NCBI GenBank assembly: GCA_044229845.1
Contig: JBGASG010000006.1
Coordinates: 268,102 to 332,101, forward strand
Length of the DNA: 64,000 nucleotides
Direction: 5' to 3'
Source: Candidatus Obscuribacteraceae bacterium
Lineage (GTDB): Bacteria; Cyanobacteriota; Vampirovibrionia; Obscuribacterales; Obscuribacteraceae
The notes below the pieces were generated by a model that was not told where the DNA came from, did not search any database, and was given only the letters and a program-made list of their open reading frames with translations. This document shows positions 28,027-37,862 of this stretch, one piece after another. Numbering within the stretch: position 1 is the first letter of the stretch; each line of letters opens with the position of its first letter. Both the position numbers and the translations under genes were made by a program.

Positions 28027-31000
28027 TCAGGACTTTTCCGGAGGTTTCGTCTCGGTGGCTACTTCTTCCGCGGCGGCGGAAGCGGTGGCGCCGTTGCCAT
28101 TGCCGGTGGTGGCGCTTTTGCCGTCTGCAACGCCGAACTCGTAATCGACCTCGCCTTGTTTTTCCTCGTCCGCCTCGGCGGTTGGCGTTGCAGCTGCCGC
28201 ATCACCACCGCCAGTCACTGACTCATCGTCGATCAGGTGGTCAGCCAGATTCTTGGCCGAGACGGCTTCACTGATGCTGATGCCGGGACCGAGATCGTCA
28301 TCCATCGGTTCCATGGCTTCCCCGTCTTCATCCGAATCGATTTGCTGGAACTCTTCCAGCATCGACATGATCTCGGCCATTTCCATTTCGGAGTCCATGG
28401 AGACCATTTGAGCGCGGAACAAGAGCTGCACTGATTCTTGTTGAATCGAACGCAAGAGAGACTCGAACATACCGAAGGCTTCTTTCTTGTACTCCTGCAG
28501 CGGATCGCGTTGACCGTAGCCGCGCAAGTGAATGCCTTCACGCAAGACTTCAATGTTGTGCAAGTAATCGACCCACTTTGTGTCGATGGTGCGCAGCAAG
28601 ACCTGGCGCTCCAGCTCACGCATGTTCTCTTCGCCGACATGGCTTTCGCGCACTTCGTAGGCCATTTTTGCGGCTTCCTTCAGTTTCGTCTGCAAGTCGT
28701 CGTAAGACAGTCCGGACAGCTCTTGCATGGTTATGTCGGAGAGCAGCGGAATGTCGTTGGTGAGCACCGAGAGAATTTCCGGCAAGCCGGTCTCTTCCCA
28801 GGTTTCCGGCGGCTCTTCCGAATCGATGTGTTCGCGCAAAACGATGTCCACATGCTCGTCGAGCATATCGACGATCGCTTCCCTGAGTTCGCTGCGCTCG
28901 AGAATGCGCCGGCGCTCGCGGTAGATGACCTCGCGTTGCGTATTGAGCACATCGTCGTACTGCAAAACGTGTTTGCGCATGTCGAAGTGGTAGGCTTCCA
29001 CTTTCTTCTGTGCGCCTTCGATAGATTTAGACACCATCGGTGATTCGATGGGCATTTCATCGTCGGCCCGGATGAAGTCCATCAGCTTGGCGATTTTGTC
29101 ACCGCCGAAAATGCGCATCAACGTGTCTTCCAGAGACAGGTAGAAACGCGAACTACCAGGGTCGCCCTGACGTCCGGCTCTACCACGCAACTGGTTGTCG
29201 ATACGTCGGGATTCGTGGCGTTCCGTGCCGATGATATGCAGACCGCCCAGAGACACGACTTCATCGTGCTCTTTGTCCGTTTCTTCCTTGTATTTTTTGG
29301 TCAGTTGTTTGACGACATCATCGTAGTCAGGCTCGTAGCCTGTGACGCCGTCCTTCTTCAACTTGTCTTTGGCCAGATATTCCGGGTTGCCGCCCAGCAA
29401 GATGTCGGTACCGCGACCCGCCATGTTAGTGGCGATAGTGATCGCGCCTTTGCGACCGGCCTGCGCGATGATCATCGCTTCCTTCTCGTGATGCTTGGCG
29501 TTCAGCACGTGGTGAGGCACACCTTTGCGAATCTCAGCGATAGTACCGGCCGTGCGAGAAACAGAGAAGACGCGATCGATCAACTCGTCTTGCTTGGCGA
29601 ACTCCGAGGCCACTTGTTCGGCCGCGCGCTCCATTTTTTCAGGGTCTATGAGACCCGGACGCTCGAAGATTTTCTTCAATCCGTCGATGGATGGACCGGT
29701 AAGTTTTTTGGCACGAATCACATCGATGCACTTGGTGATCTTGCGATTGAGAAACTCATTCATGCCCTGCGGTTTGCTGAGCAGATCGGCAACCAGCTCC
29801 GACTTTTCGATCGACGTGGTGCCGACCAGCACGGGACGTCCCTGCTTGTGCAGATCGACGATTTCTTCCACGACCGAGAAAAATTTGATCGGCTCGGTCT
29901 TGTAAATGACGTCGGCGTTGTCGCTTCTAATAGACTCGCGGTTAGTGGGAATCGAGACCACATCAAGGTTGTAGATCTTGGCGAATTCGGCAGCTTCCGT
30001 CATGGCTGTACCGGTCATGCCGGCCAGTTTCGGGTAGAGACGGAACAGGTTTTGATAAGTGATCGAGGCGTACGTCATCGTTTCGTCTTGAATCGGTACG
30101 CCTTCCTTAGCTTCGATCGCCTGGTGCAAGCCATCGCTCCAGCGCCGTCCGACCATCATGCGTCCCGTGAACTCGTCGACGATGACAATCTCTGGCTTGC
30201 CTTCCTCATTCATACGAATGACGTAGTCGGTATCTACTTTATAGAGTTCCTTCGCGCGCAACGCTTGCGAAAGGTGATGGGCGAGGTTCCAGCGCACATC
30301 GTAGAGATCGCTGACACCGCACAAGCGTTCAGCGTTCAAGATGCCGCGCTCGGTGAGCAAGACATTTTTGCCCTTTTCGTCGACATAGTAGTCGCAATCT
30401 TCGTCATCTTTGTCGCGCCCGCGGTGCAGCATCGGCGCCACCTGCGACATGCGGTTGTAGACTTCGACCAGTGACTCGGTCGGATAGCCCGAAATGATCA
30501 GCGGCGTTCTCGCTTCGTCGATCAAGATATTGTCGACTTCGTCGACGATGGCATAGTAGTACTGGCGCTGGGCCAGTTGATCGAGCGACGTGCGCATATT
30601 GTCGCGCAAGTAGTCGAAACCGAATTCGTGGTTGGTACCGTATGTGATATCAGCGCGATAGGCCGACATTTTTTCGTCGTCGCCTTGATGCGAATAGACC
30701 AGTCCGGTGGATAAGCCCAGAAACTTATAGAGCCGTCCCATCCACTCGGAGTCGCGGCGCGCCAGGTAATCGTTGACTGTCACCACGTGTACGCCGCGTC
30801 CGGTCAGCCCGTTCAGGTAAACAGGCAAAGTAGCGACCAGGGTCTTACCTTCCCCGGTGCGCATCTCGGCAATCTTGTTGAAGTGCAGAGCTGCGCCTCC
30901 CATGAGCTGCACGTCAAAGTGGCGCATGCCCAGAACTCGGCGGCTGGCCTCGCGGCAGACGGCAAAGGACTCAGGCAAAATGTGCTCCAGCACCTTGCCA

Positions 31001-31278
31001 AGCTCGCGGTCGTGGGCAGTGCGAATCTGCCCAGGCATCTTGGTGACGGTCTCTGGAATGAGAATTTTGTTTTCGACGCCTTTGAGAGCGTTGTCAATCT
31101 GATTGCGGAATTCGGCTGTCTTGCCAGCCAGTTCCTCATCAGAGAGCTTTTCCATCTGCGATTCCAGATGGCTGGCGCGTTTGACGTAGTCTTGCAGCAA
31201 CCTTACTTTTTTGTCGTTGGATTCGCCGAAAAGCGACTTAAGCCAGGTCCTTGCCTTGTCTTCGAGGCTCACGCTCAT
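28027..31278 (-). CDS. secA: Protein translocase ATPase SecA
   Basis: EMRTGEGKTL, VTVNDYLA, DEVD, GRRWSDGLHQAIEAKE, IATNMAGRGTDI, ESRRIDNQLRGRAGRQGDPG. Confidence 0.98.
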   Translation of the reverse strand: MSVSLEDKARTWLKSLFGESNDKKVRLLQDYVKRASHLESQMEKLSDEELAGKTAEFRNQIDNALKGVENKILIPETVTKMPGQIRTAHDRELGKVLEHILPESFAVCREASRRVLGMRHFDVQLMGGAALHFNKIAEMRTGEGKTLVATLPVYLNGLTGRGVHVVTVNDYLARRDSEWMGRLYKFLGLSTGLVYSHQGDDEKMSAYRADITYGTNHEFGFDYLRDNMRTSLDQLAQRQYYYAIVDEVDNILIDEARTPLIISGYPTESLVEVYNRMSQVAPMLHRGRDKDDEDCDYYVDEKGKNVLLTERGILNAERLCGVSDLYDVRWNLAHHLSQALRAKELYKVDTDYVIRMNEEGKPEIVIVDEFTGRMMVGRRWSDGLHQAIEAKEGVPIQDETMTYASITYQNLFRLYPKLAGMTGTAMTEAAEFAKIYNLDVVSIPTNRESIRSDNADVIYKTEPIKFFSVVEEIVDLHKQGRPVLVGTTSIEKSELVADLLSKPQGMNEFLNRKITKCIDVIRAKKLTGPSIDGLKKIFERPGLIDPEKMERAAEQVASEFAKQDELIDRVFSVSRTAGTIAEIRKGVPHHVLNAKHHEKEAMIIAQAGRKGAITIATNMAGRGTDILLGGNPEYLAKDKLKKDGVTGYEPDYDDVVKQLTKKYKEETDKEHDEVVSLGGLHIIGTERHESRRIDNQLRGRAGRQGDPGSSRFYLSLEDTLMRIFGGDKIAKLMDFIRADDEMPIESPMVSKSIEGAQKKVEAYHFDMRKHVLQYDDVLNTQREVIYRERRRILERSELREAIVDMLDEHVDIVLREHIDSEEPPETWEETGLPEILSVLTNDIPLLSDITMQELSGLSYDDLQTKLKEAAKMAYEVRESHVGEENMRELERQVLLRTIDTKWVDYLHNIEVLREGIHLRGYGQRDPLQEYKKEAFGMFESLLRSIQQESVQLLFRAQMVSMDSEMEMAEIMSMLEEFQQIDSDEDGEAMEPMDDDLGPGISISEAVSAKNLADHLIDDESVTGGGDAAAATPTAEADEEKQGEVDYEFGVADGKSATTGNGNGATASAAAEEVATETKPPEKS

Positions 31279-31484
31279 TATGTTTTATTGCTCCTAATAA
31301 TCACGAAATTCTATCATTAGAGGGGGTCCAATCGCCGTGCCAGCGCTCTTTGCACGTGCCGCAGGTATCTTTGGAGCAACAATTGCTTGTTATCATGTGA
31401 CAGGAAGAGCGATTCGGTCATGTTTCTTCTCAGCAATGATCGGTTTTTCTTTGCATTTGTTGCACTAAAAACGACCTTAATCAT

Positions 31485-32558
31485 ATGGACGCCGTTAAAA
31501 ATCCCGAAAAGCCAGCGCTGTCAGGACTCACCCTGTCCGAGCTGGAGTTGTTTGTCAAAGAACTGGGGCTGCCCGCGTTCAGGGCGCGCCAGATTCATAG
31601 CTGGATTTACGTGAAGTGGGCGTCATCCTTCGATGAAATGACCGACCTCAGCAAGGATGTCCGAGACCTGCTCAAAGAAAAGGCGACCGTCTCTCTCCTC
31701 GAACTGGCTCATCTGGAGGTGAGCTCAGACGGCACCCGCAAATATCTTTTCAAATTGCCGGACGGGCGCTTTGTCGAATCGGTCTTGATGTCCTTCGAAG
31801 ACCGCCCATCGTTTTCAGCGTGCGTCTCCAGCCAGGTCGGCTGCGCAGTCGGATGCACTTTCTGCGCGACCGGTTATCTCGGCTTCAAACGCAACCTGAG
31901 CGCGCAAGAAATCATCGACCAGGTGCTCTGCATTCAGCGCGAGTCCGGTCACAGGGTCGCCAACATCGTCTACATGGGGCAAGGCGAGCCGCTCCTGAAC
32001 ACCGACGAAGTAATTAAAAGTCTGAAAATGATGGGCGATTCGGTGGGCATCGGACAGCGGCACATCACAGTTTCTACCTCCGGCGTCATTCCCGGCATCC
32101 AGAGACTGGCGGATGAAGGTTTGCAAATCACGCTGGCACTCTCGCTGCATGCTCCGGATCCGACCACACGTGAACAAATCGTTCCGATAACCAAGAAATT
32201 TCCCATCGCTGAATTGATGGACGCCATCCATTCTTATTACGCCAAAACCAAACGCCGCATCACCATCGAATACGTTTTGCTGGCCGGCGTCACCGACTCG
32301 CCGCAGCAGGCTTCCGAACTGGCAGAACTGGTGCGTGACCTGCACTGCAACATTAACCTCATACCTTATAACCCGACCTACAACCAGGAAGGAGTGGTGG
32401 CATACGGTCGCCCTTCTTTAGAAAGCCAGCAAAGATTCAAACGCATCGCCGAAGGTTCCGGCAAAACCGTCACCATTCGCCTGGAACGCGGCACCGACAT
32501 CAACGCCGCCTGCGGGCAACTGCACAACGCCTTCGAGAGCGGCAACGCCAAATCCTGA
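31485..32558 (+). CDS. rlmN: 23S rRNA/tRNA m2A methyltransferase RlmN
   Basis: CVSSQVGCAVGCTFCATG, MGQGEP, SLHA, NLIPYN, DINAACGQL. Confidence 0.96.
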   Translation: MDAVKNPEKPALSGLTLSELELFVKELGLPAFRARQIHSWIYVKWASSFDEMTDLSKDVRDLLKEKATVSLLELAHLEVSSDGTRKYLFKLPDGRFVESVLMSFEDRPSFSACVSSQVGCAVGCTFCATGYLGFKRNLSAQEIIDQVLCIQRESGHRVANIVYMGQGEPLLNTDEVIKSLKMMGDSVGIGQRHITVSTSGVIPGIQRLADEGLQITLALSLHAPDPTTREQIVPITKKFPIAELMDAIHSYYAKTKRRITIEYVLLAGVTDSPQQASELAELVRDLHCNINLIPYNPTYNQEGVVAYGRPSLESQQRFKRIAEGSGKTVTIRLERGTDINAACGQLHNAFESGNAKS

Positions 32559-32668
32559 TCACTGGTTTTTACAATTCCTTGTGGTTCCTCTAACACCAGA
32601 GGTATCGCACTTAAAGTTGCCCGCCTAAGATGAACTGAGAAACAGTCAAAACCTTCTGAGAGGCGCTT

Positions 32669-33925
32669 ATGGTCAAACATATAGCGGCGCTGACGTTCAT
32701 CTATCTGTGCGTCTGCGCAGCCTGGGCTATCCTGGGCAGTACGGTACTCGTTCGCACCTATAAAAGCGACGAAAATCTGCAAGGCAAAGTGGAAGAACTA
32801 TGGGGTTCTCGCCAGTGGCAACTGGCACCACAACCTTACTGGAAAGAGCCACTGGTGAGAAAGCATGCGGGCGATCCCGCGGAAGCCACCCACAATATCA
32901 ATCTCGACTCCAGCAAAGTGGCAGTCAAACTGCATCTGGACCAACGCAAGAAAGGACTGCTCTGGTATCCGACCTACCGCGTGAGTTTCGGCGGCACGTA
33001 TGCCTTCGAAAATCCCACGGACAAGCCACAGACCGTATATTGCGGTTTTACGCTGCCATCGGCGCGCGAAGTCTACGACAACTTGCACTTCACCATCAAT
33101 GGAACGCCGTTGAAAAACACGGCTCCGGAAGGTGACACCATCACCGGTTCAATCCTCCTGCAACCGCATGAAAAGGCAAACATGTTCGTCAGTTATGACT
33201 CGCAGGGCATGTACTCCTGGAGCTACCGCTTCAACAACGGAGTAGCGCAGGTCAGAGATTTTGATCTGCACATGACCACCGATTTTCCGAACATAGATTT
33301 TCCAGACAACTCGCGCTCGCCGACCACCAAGAGCAAGGACGGAAAAGGCTGGGTGCTCGATTGGAAATACGCCAACACTATGACCGGCAAAGACATCGGC
33401 ATGTCCATGCCACAGCTGCTCAACCCCGGTCCCTGGGTCAGCGAAGTCACCTTTTTCGCACCGGTATCACTGTTCTTCTTCAACTTTGTGGTCTGGCTGA
33501 TCTCGACGGTGAAATCGATACGGATTCATCCGATGCACTACTTCTTCATCGGCGCGTCCTTCTTCAGCTTCCACCTTTTGATGGCATACTCAGTGGATCA
33601 CATTCCCATTGAGATAGCATTCATAGTTTCTTCGCTGGTGTCGCTGTTCCTGGTCGTGACCTACATCGCCCGCGCGGTCCCCAACCGCACTCTGGTGAAA
33701 CAAATAGCCGTGGCTCAGGCCGTTTATCTGGTGTTCTTCTCGTACACGTTCTTCCTCGAACAGTTCACCGGCTTGATCATCACCATCATGTCCATCGCCA
33801 CGTTGTTCGTTTCAATGCAGTACACGGCCCGCTTCAACTGGTCGCACGTCTTCAACAAAAAGCTGGCTGCCGCCCAGGAAGAAGCACTCGGACTGCTGGA
33901 CGGACCGACCTACCTGCCCGAATGA
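32669..33925 (+). CDS. Inner-membrane CreD-family protein
   Basis: N-terminal TM, periplasmic domain (RKKGLLWYPTY) and a C-terminal TM bundle with IHPMHY. Confidence 0.7.
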   Translation: MVKHIAALTFIYLCVCAAWAILGSTVLVRTYKSDENLQGKVEELWGSRQWQLAPQPYWKEPLVRKHAGDPAEATHNINLDSSKVAVKLHLDQRKKGLLWYPTYRVSFGGTYAFENPTDKPQTVYCGFTLPSAREVYDNLHFTINGTPLKNTAPEGDTITGSILLQPHEKANMFVSYDSQGMYSWSYRFNNGVAQVRDFDLHMTTDFPNIDFPDNSRSPTTKSKDGKGWVLDWKYANTMTGKDIGMSMPQLLNPGPWVSEVTFFAPVSLFFFNFVVWLISTVKSIRIHPMHYFFIGASFFSFHLLMAYSVDHIPIEIAFIVSSLVSLFLVVTYIARAVPNRTLVKQIAVAQAVYLVFFSYTFFLEQFTGLIITIMSIATLFVSMQYTARFNWSHVFNKKLAAAQEEALGLLDGPTYLPE

Positions 33926-33966
33926 TCCATCGAGATCGCAACTGAACGATTTTTGTCAAGGACCCT

Positions 33967-33996
33967 CAGCGAGCCACCACATAAGGTGGCTCGTTG
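33967..33996. terminator. Hairpin between convergent genes
   Basis: CAGCGAGCCACC-ACATAA-GGTGGCTCGTTG. Confidence 0.55.
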
Positions 33997-34012
33997 CGTT
34001 CACACCTGCCGG

Positions 34013-34939
34013 TCAGTCATAAGGCGTCAGATCGATGAAGGGCACAACAGAAGCCGCTTCGAGTTTCTCGACAGTCGACTCCTTCAGCAAGTAGAAGCAA
34101 GACACTTGCAGGTCTTCATGATCCAACTTTTGAAAAAGCACTTTCGAGTCCTTGCTCAGCAAAATGTCGTTGAATACGTTGAAGATGTCATCCACCGAGC
34201 AGACTTGCTGGAAGAAACTGTCATCACCGTCCACCTGCAGTTCCAGATTGAACTGATCTTCCATCTGGGGCATCACGTCGGCACTGACAATCTTCACTTT
34301 GCCCGTCTTGCCGATGTATTTGGACAGGGTTGGAATCAGATACTCCAGATCGAAGTAGTCATAGGTGGTTTCAATGAACTTGTCCGCGACGGCACGTTCC
34401 GGCAGTGCCGCATAGTAGGCACGCAGCAAATCAACAATACGACCGTTGTCGCCCTGCGGGTCGAGGTCGAGCTGCTTGCAGAGTTTCTCCAGAATCTCCC
34501 CTTGCAAATCCTTCGCCAACTTGCACTTATGCAAAACCTTCAGCGTATCTGTGAGCGGCAGGCAATCCTGGCGATCTTCAATTGTGAGCGCGCGCCGGAA
34601 CAAAGCGGCCGCCTTGCCCTCCTGGTTAGTGCGGCGATAGGCCGCCGCCAGGTCATACTGCGCTTTCGAGAGATAACTGCTCTCGCAGCGTTGCACGGAA
34701 TCGTCTCGCACGGAGTCCAGTATGCGCACGGCTGATTCCAGAAACGGAATTGCCGCATCCTCATCCTTGCGGTCCCATCGAATCTTGCCAAGGAAATAAT
34801 AAATCTGTCCAAGTTCTTCGCACGGCGGCACCGCGTCTTTTTCCGCCAGCGCCAGCGCACTTCCCCAACGCTCTTCGGCGAGCAGTTCGTCACCATCCAT
34901 GAACGCTCGCATCGCCTGCCGACTCTCGTCCTTCCACAT
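34013..34939 (-). CDS. TPR-containing hypothetical protein
   Basis: GGAGG RBS before ATG 34939; TPR-like helices (YYFLGKI...AIPFLESA; YDLAAAY...AAALFRRAL). Confidence 0.75.
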   Translation of the reverse strand: MWKDESRQAMRAFMDGDELLAEERWGSALALAEKDAVPPCEELGQIYYFLGKIRWDRKDEDAAIPFLESAVRILDSVRDDSVQRCESSYLSKAQYDLAAAYRRTNQEGKAAALFRRALTIEDRQDCLPLTDTLKVLHKCKLAKDLQGEILEKLCKQLDLDPQGDNGRIVDLLRAYYAALPERAVADKFIETTYDYFDLEYLIPTLSKYIGKTGKVKIVSADVMPQMEDQFNLELQVDGDDSFFQQVCSVDDIFNVFNDILLSKDSKVLFQKLDHEDLQVSCFYLLKESTVEKLEAASVVPFIDLTPYD

Positions 34940-35059
34940 GTCGCCTCCGCTGTCAGCCGCCCCCACCTGCGAACATGTTACTCCTGAATTTGTCGCCCTC
35001 TACTACCAGCAGTGCGGATTACCCCACTGCTCCGGTGCTGCGTTCGCAGCGCAGGCAAT

Positions 35060-35941
35060 CTAAGCGGAGGCGATAACAGGTGCTCTGAAGCCGGCGTCCA
35101 GTGTCGTGTCCGGCAGAGGCTGCCACTGGAACTTGCCGTCCGCCTGGGTAACATGCCCCCAGGGCACGCCGATTTCGTGATCGAAAACCACCAGCCACTT
35201 TTCGCTGGATGCACGTGCGAGCCACTCGGACTTTATGTCGCAGCTCTCGAGCGGATAGTGATCGTATCCCATCACCCAGGGCGGACTGATGTGACTCTTC
35301 GTGGGCATGATGTCGGCGAAGTAGACGCCCTGCTTGCCCTCAGATTCGAAATAAACAACCTGGTGGTGGCGAGTGTGCCCACCTGTGACTTTAGCCCAGA
35401 CGCCCGGCACCACTTCTTTGTCGCCATCGATCAGTTCGAGCAATCCCTGCTCCATCAGCGGTTCGAAGTCATCACTGCGATAACTAGCCCGGGCACGCGC
35501 GTTGGCTTGGTGCGCAAACTCCCATTCACCGCGCTGGGCATAATATCGTGCTTTCGGGAAAGCCGGCAGCAAGTTGCCGTCAAGCTCGAGCACCGCGCCA
35601 CCGGCATGGTCGAAATGGAGATGCGAAAAGATCACGGCCTGTACATCATCGTTTGGCAATCCTGCCGATTGCAGTGCGTGCTTATGATCAATGAGCGGGC
35701 GCACTTCATAGCGCTCACGTTCCTTCTCGGTCCAGCGAGGGCCCATGCCGGTTTCCACCAGCACATTACCGCCGGGAGTCTCTATCAAAAGCAAATTGCA
35801 AGCCAGCGCGACGCGGTTTAGCTGGTCAGCCGGCTCCACCTTGTTCCACAAGTGCTTGGGGACGACACCAAACATGGCACCGCCATCCAGCTTGAATGTG
35901 CACTCTCTGATGATCGAAAGACGAAACTTGCCGAAGTCCAT
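35060..35941 (-). CDS. MBL-fold metallo-hydrolase (YtnP-like)
   Basis: FKLDGGAMFGVVPK, SHLHFDHAGG, GGHTRHHQ, WVMGYD. Confidence 0.9.
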   Translation of the reverse strand: MDFGKFRLSIIRECTFKLDGGAMFGVVPKHLWNKVEPADQLNRVALACNLLLIETPGGNVLVETGMGPRWTEKERERYEVRPLIDHKHALQSAGLPNDDVQAVIFSHLHFDHAGGAVLELDGNLLPAFPKARYYAQRGEWEFAHQANARARASYRSDDFEPLMEQGLLELIDGDKEVVPGVWAKVTGGHTRHHQVVYFESEGKQGVYFADIMPTKSHISPPWVMGYDHYPLESCDIKSEWLARASSEKWLVVFDHEIGVPWGHVTQADGKFQWQPLPDTTLDAGFRAPVIASA

Positions 35942-35981
35942 ATGAATAAGCACCAAATGCTTGAGAGTGACTATCTTACCG

Positions 35982-36722
35982 CTATTTGGCGGCAGCCGGC
36001 GATGAAAGGCGCAGCAGCGCCTCCTGCGCGGCTTGCCGATACTCCTGGTTGGGGGAGAGCTGCATGACCTGCTTCCAGGCTGCGATCGCTTCGCGCCAGG
36101 CTTTTTCCCTGACGACCGGATCAGCTTCGTGGGAAGAAACTGCTTCCAGCGCCCGCGCCTTGTTCAGGTACGACGGCGCCCCTGAAGCAAGGATTTGTGC
36201 TTGCGCGCCGATGTATGCCGGGGCGCCGGGCAAAGATGCCGCCTTCGTATAATAGCTTGCAGCGGCACGATCGTTGTTTGCATAGATGTATTGATTGCAT
36301 CCGGCGATGTACTGCAGGTACCAGTTGTCCGGGTTGTTTTTGATACCGCGCTCGATGATCTGAGCCGCCAGATCCGGACGCTTCTCGTCTGCGCCGACCG
36401 TGAATGCAGCAAACCAGTAAGGCTGGATAAAATGCGGGTCCAGCTGCGTGACGGTATTCAAATACTCATCCGCCCACTGAAAGTGATCCTCTCGACGCTC
36501 GGCGGCGTCACCGGCATATTGAATAAATGCCAGCCAGTACAAATCTGCCCACAGTCGGCTACCGCCGGCTGCACTAATGGCCGTGGCAATCTCCGCTGAG
36601 GGGAAGTAGCCGGTGCCCGTGGCGCTGCGACTGCCGGCGCCGACTGGTGCCTGCTGCAACAGCAGCCAATGCGCGCCCACTGTCACCACTGCCAGGGCGC
36701 CGATCACAGCCGGCAGCTTCAC
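35982..36722 (-). CDS. Pilin-associated TPR-like membrane-anchored protein
   Basis: ADLYWLAFIQY...TQLDPHF..PYWF pattern; directly downstream of a pilin; GTG start at 36722. Confidence 0.7.
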   Translation of the reverse strand: MKLPAVIGALAVVTVGAHWLLLQQAPVGAGSRSATGTGYFPSAEIATAISAAGGSRLWADLYWLAFIQYAGDAAERREDHFQWADEYLNTVTQLDPHFIQPYWFAAFTVGADEKRPDLAAQIIERGIKNNPDNWYLQYIAGCNQYIYANNDRAAASYYTKAASLPGAPAYIGAQAQILASGAPSYLNKARALEAVSSHEADPVVREKAWREAIAAWKQVMQLSPNQEYRQAAQEALLRLSSPAAAK

Positions 36723-36738
36723 CTTGTGCGCCGTAGCT

Positions 36739-37263
36739 CTATCTGACGTTTGACAATACCAGGGTTGTATTCGGTTCTTCGCCGCGCAGCATGTAGCCGT
36801 CCGCGCCACCACCTGTAATGGCAAAGGCACTGCGTTTTACTTTGTCTTCATCGACCGTGTTGTAAGCCGTCGAACCTTGATTTTGCGGTAGCGGCGGCCG
36901 AGAGCGAAAGACATTGATCGGCGGCGTGACGATGCCGGTCAAAATCGGCTCGGCGCGCTTCGTAAAGGGATTCTCCGGATTCGGTCCGGCCCGGCCTGTG
37001 GTTGGATCGCCGCCGGGAAGATAGCTCTGCAGCGTCTTCAGGTCCGGAAAGAGCGTGCCTCCAACCGCGCCCGCGCGCGCTGCAATTTCCACGTTGCGCA
37101 TATTGCCGCGCACGCTCAATTCCTTCATCTTCGCCTGCGATTCAAAAAACTTGGGCAGAGCAATCGCTGCCAGGATGCCGATGATGATGATCACCATCAA
37201 AAGCTCGATGAGAGTGAAACCCGAGTTATTACTATTTCTATTGACGTTGGCGGACGCTTTCAT
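36739..37263 (-). CDS. Type IV pilin / T2SS pseudopilin
   Basis: Prepilin cleavage site G|FTLIELLMVIIIIGILAAIALP. Confidence 0.92.
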   Translation of the reverse strand: MKASANVNRNSNNSGFTLIELLMVIIIIGILAAIALPKFFESQAKMKELSVRGNMRNVEIAARAGAVGGTLFPDLKTLQSYLPGGDPTTGRAGPNPENPFTKRAEPILTGIVTPPINVFRSRPPLPQNQGSTAYNTVDEDKVKRSAFAITGGGADGYMLRGEEPNTTLVLSNVR

Positions 37264-37394
37264 GGCCGTGCCGACTCCTGTCTGTCTTTGTCCTTAGTAG
37301 TGTGCAGGGAGAATGCCCGAATCGTTTCCCCCAATAACGCTTTCGATTATTAACAGTTGTTCAGAGGGAGGGGTCCTCAATAATCTTCCTAGAG

Positions 37395-37422
37395 AAAAAG
37401 CCTGCTTGTTCAGCAGGCTTTT
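37395..37422. terminator. Bidirectional intrinsic terminator
   Basis: AAAAAGCCTGCT-TGTTC-AGCAGGCTTTT. Confidence 0.8.
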
Positions 37423-37465
37423 CAAATACTTCGTAGGCTTGGATGCCTTCCTTTTTTCCGCCTTC

Positions 37466-37702
37466 TTAGACGGTGGCCAGCTCTTTGCCGTTGGCGACAT
37501 GATGGCGGTCGTGCTGGACTTTGCGTGGACGGCGCAGGTGTTCCATAAAGCGGCGATGGGCAAGCGTATCGATAGCAACTTGCGGGGTCTTCTCAGGAAC
37601 GGACAACACGAATTCTCCGGGTCCGTCAGCTTTCGGGCGCTGGCTGTAGCGTCCTACGAGATAGAGATAACCACCACGAGTTGCATAAAGGTAATGAATC
37701 AT
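37466..37702 (-). CDS. Small hypothetical protein (78 aa)
   Basis: Purine-rich RBS, ATG start and its own terminator downstream. Confidence 0.6.
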   Translation of the reverse strand: MIHYLYATRGGYLYLVGRYSQRPKADGPGEFVLSVPEKTPQVAIDTLAHRRFMEHLRRPRKVQHDRHHVANGKELATV

Positions 37703-37862
37703 GCCGCCTGCCTTTCTTCTTCTTGAGAAGCCAAAATGACACCTTGAGCTGCGCGCTCACGCACAACACTGTTTACCATATGGGAGATCCCCAGTCCGGT
37801 TGCCAAACGTAATAATAACTAAAGCATCTTGTGAATTGCTTGCTCAGCCGCAGATGCAAAGG

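Noticed and set aside
29215..30474. Long antisense ORFs opposite secA (and similarly opposite the kinase, DegT and selB genes)
   Set aside because: Expected shadows of GC-rich codon usage; no recognisable motifs.
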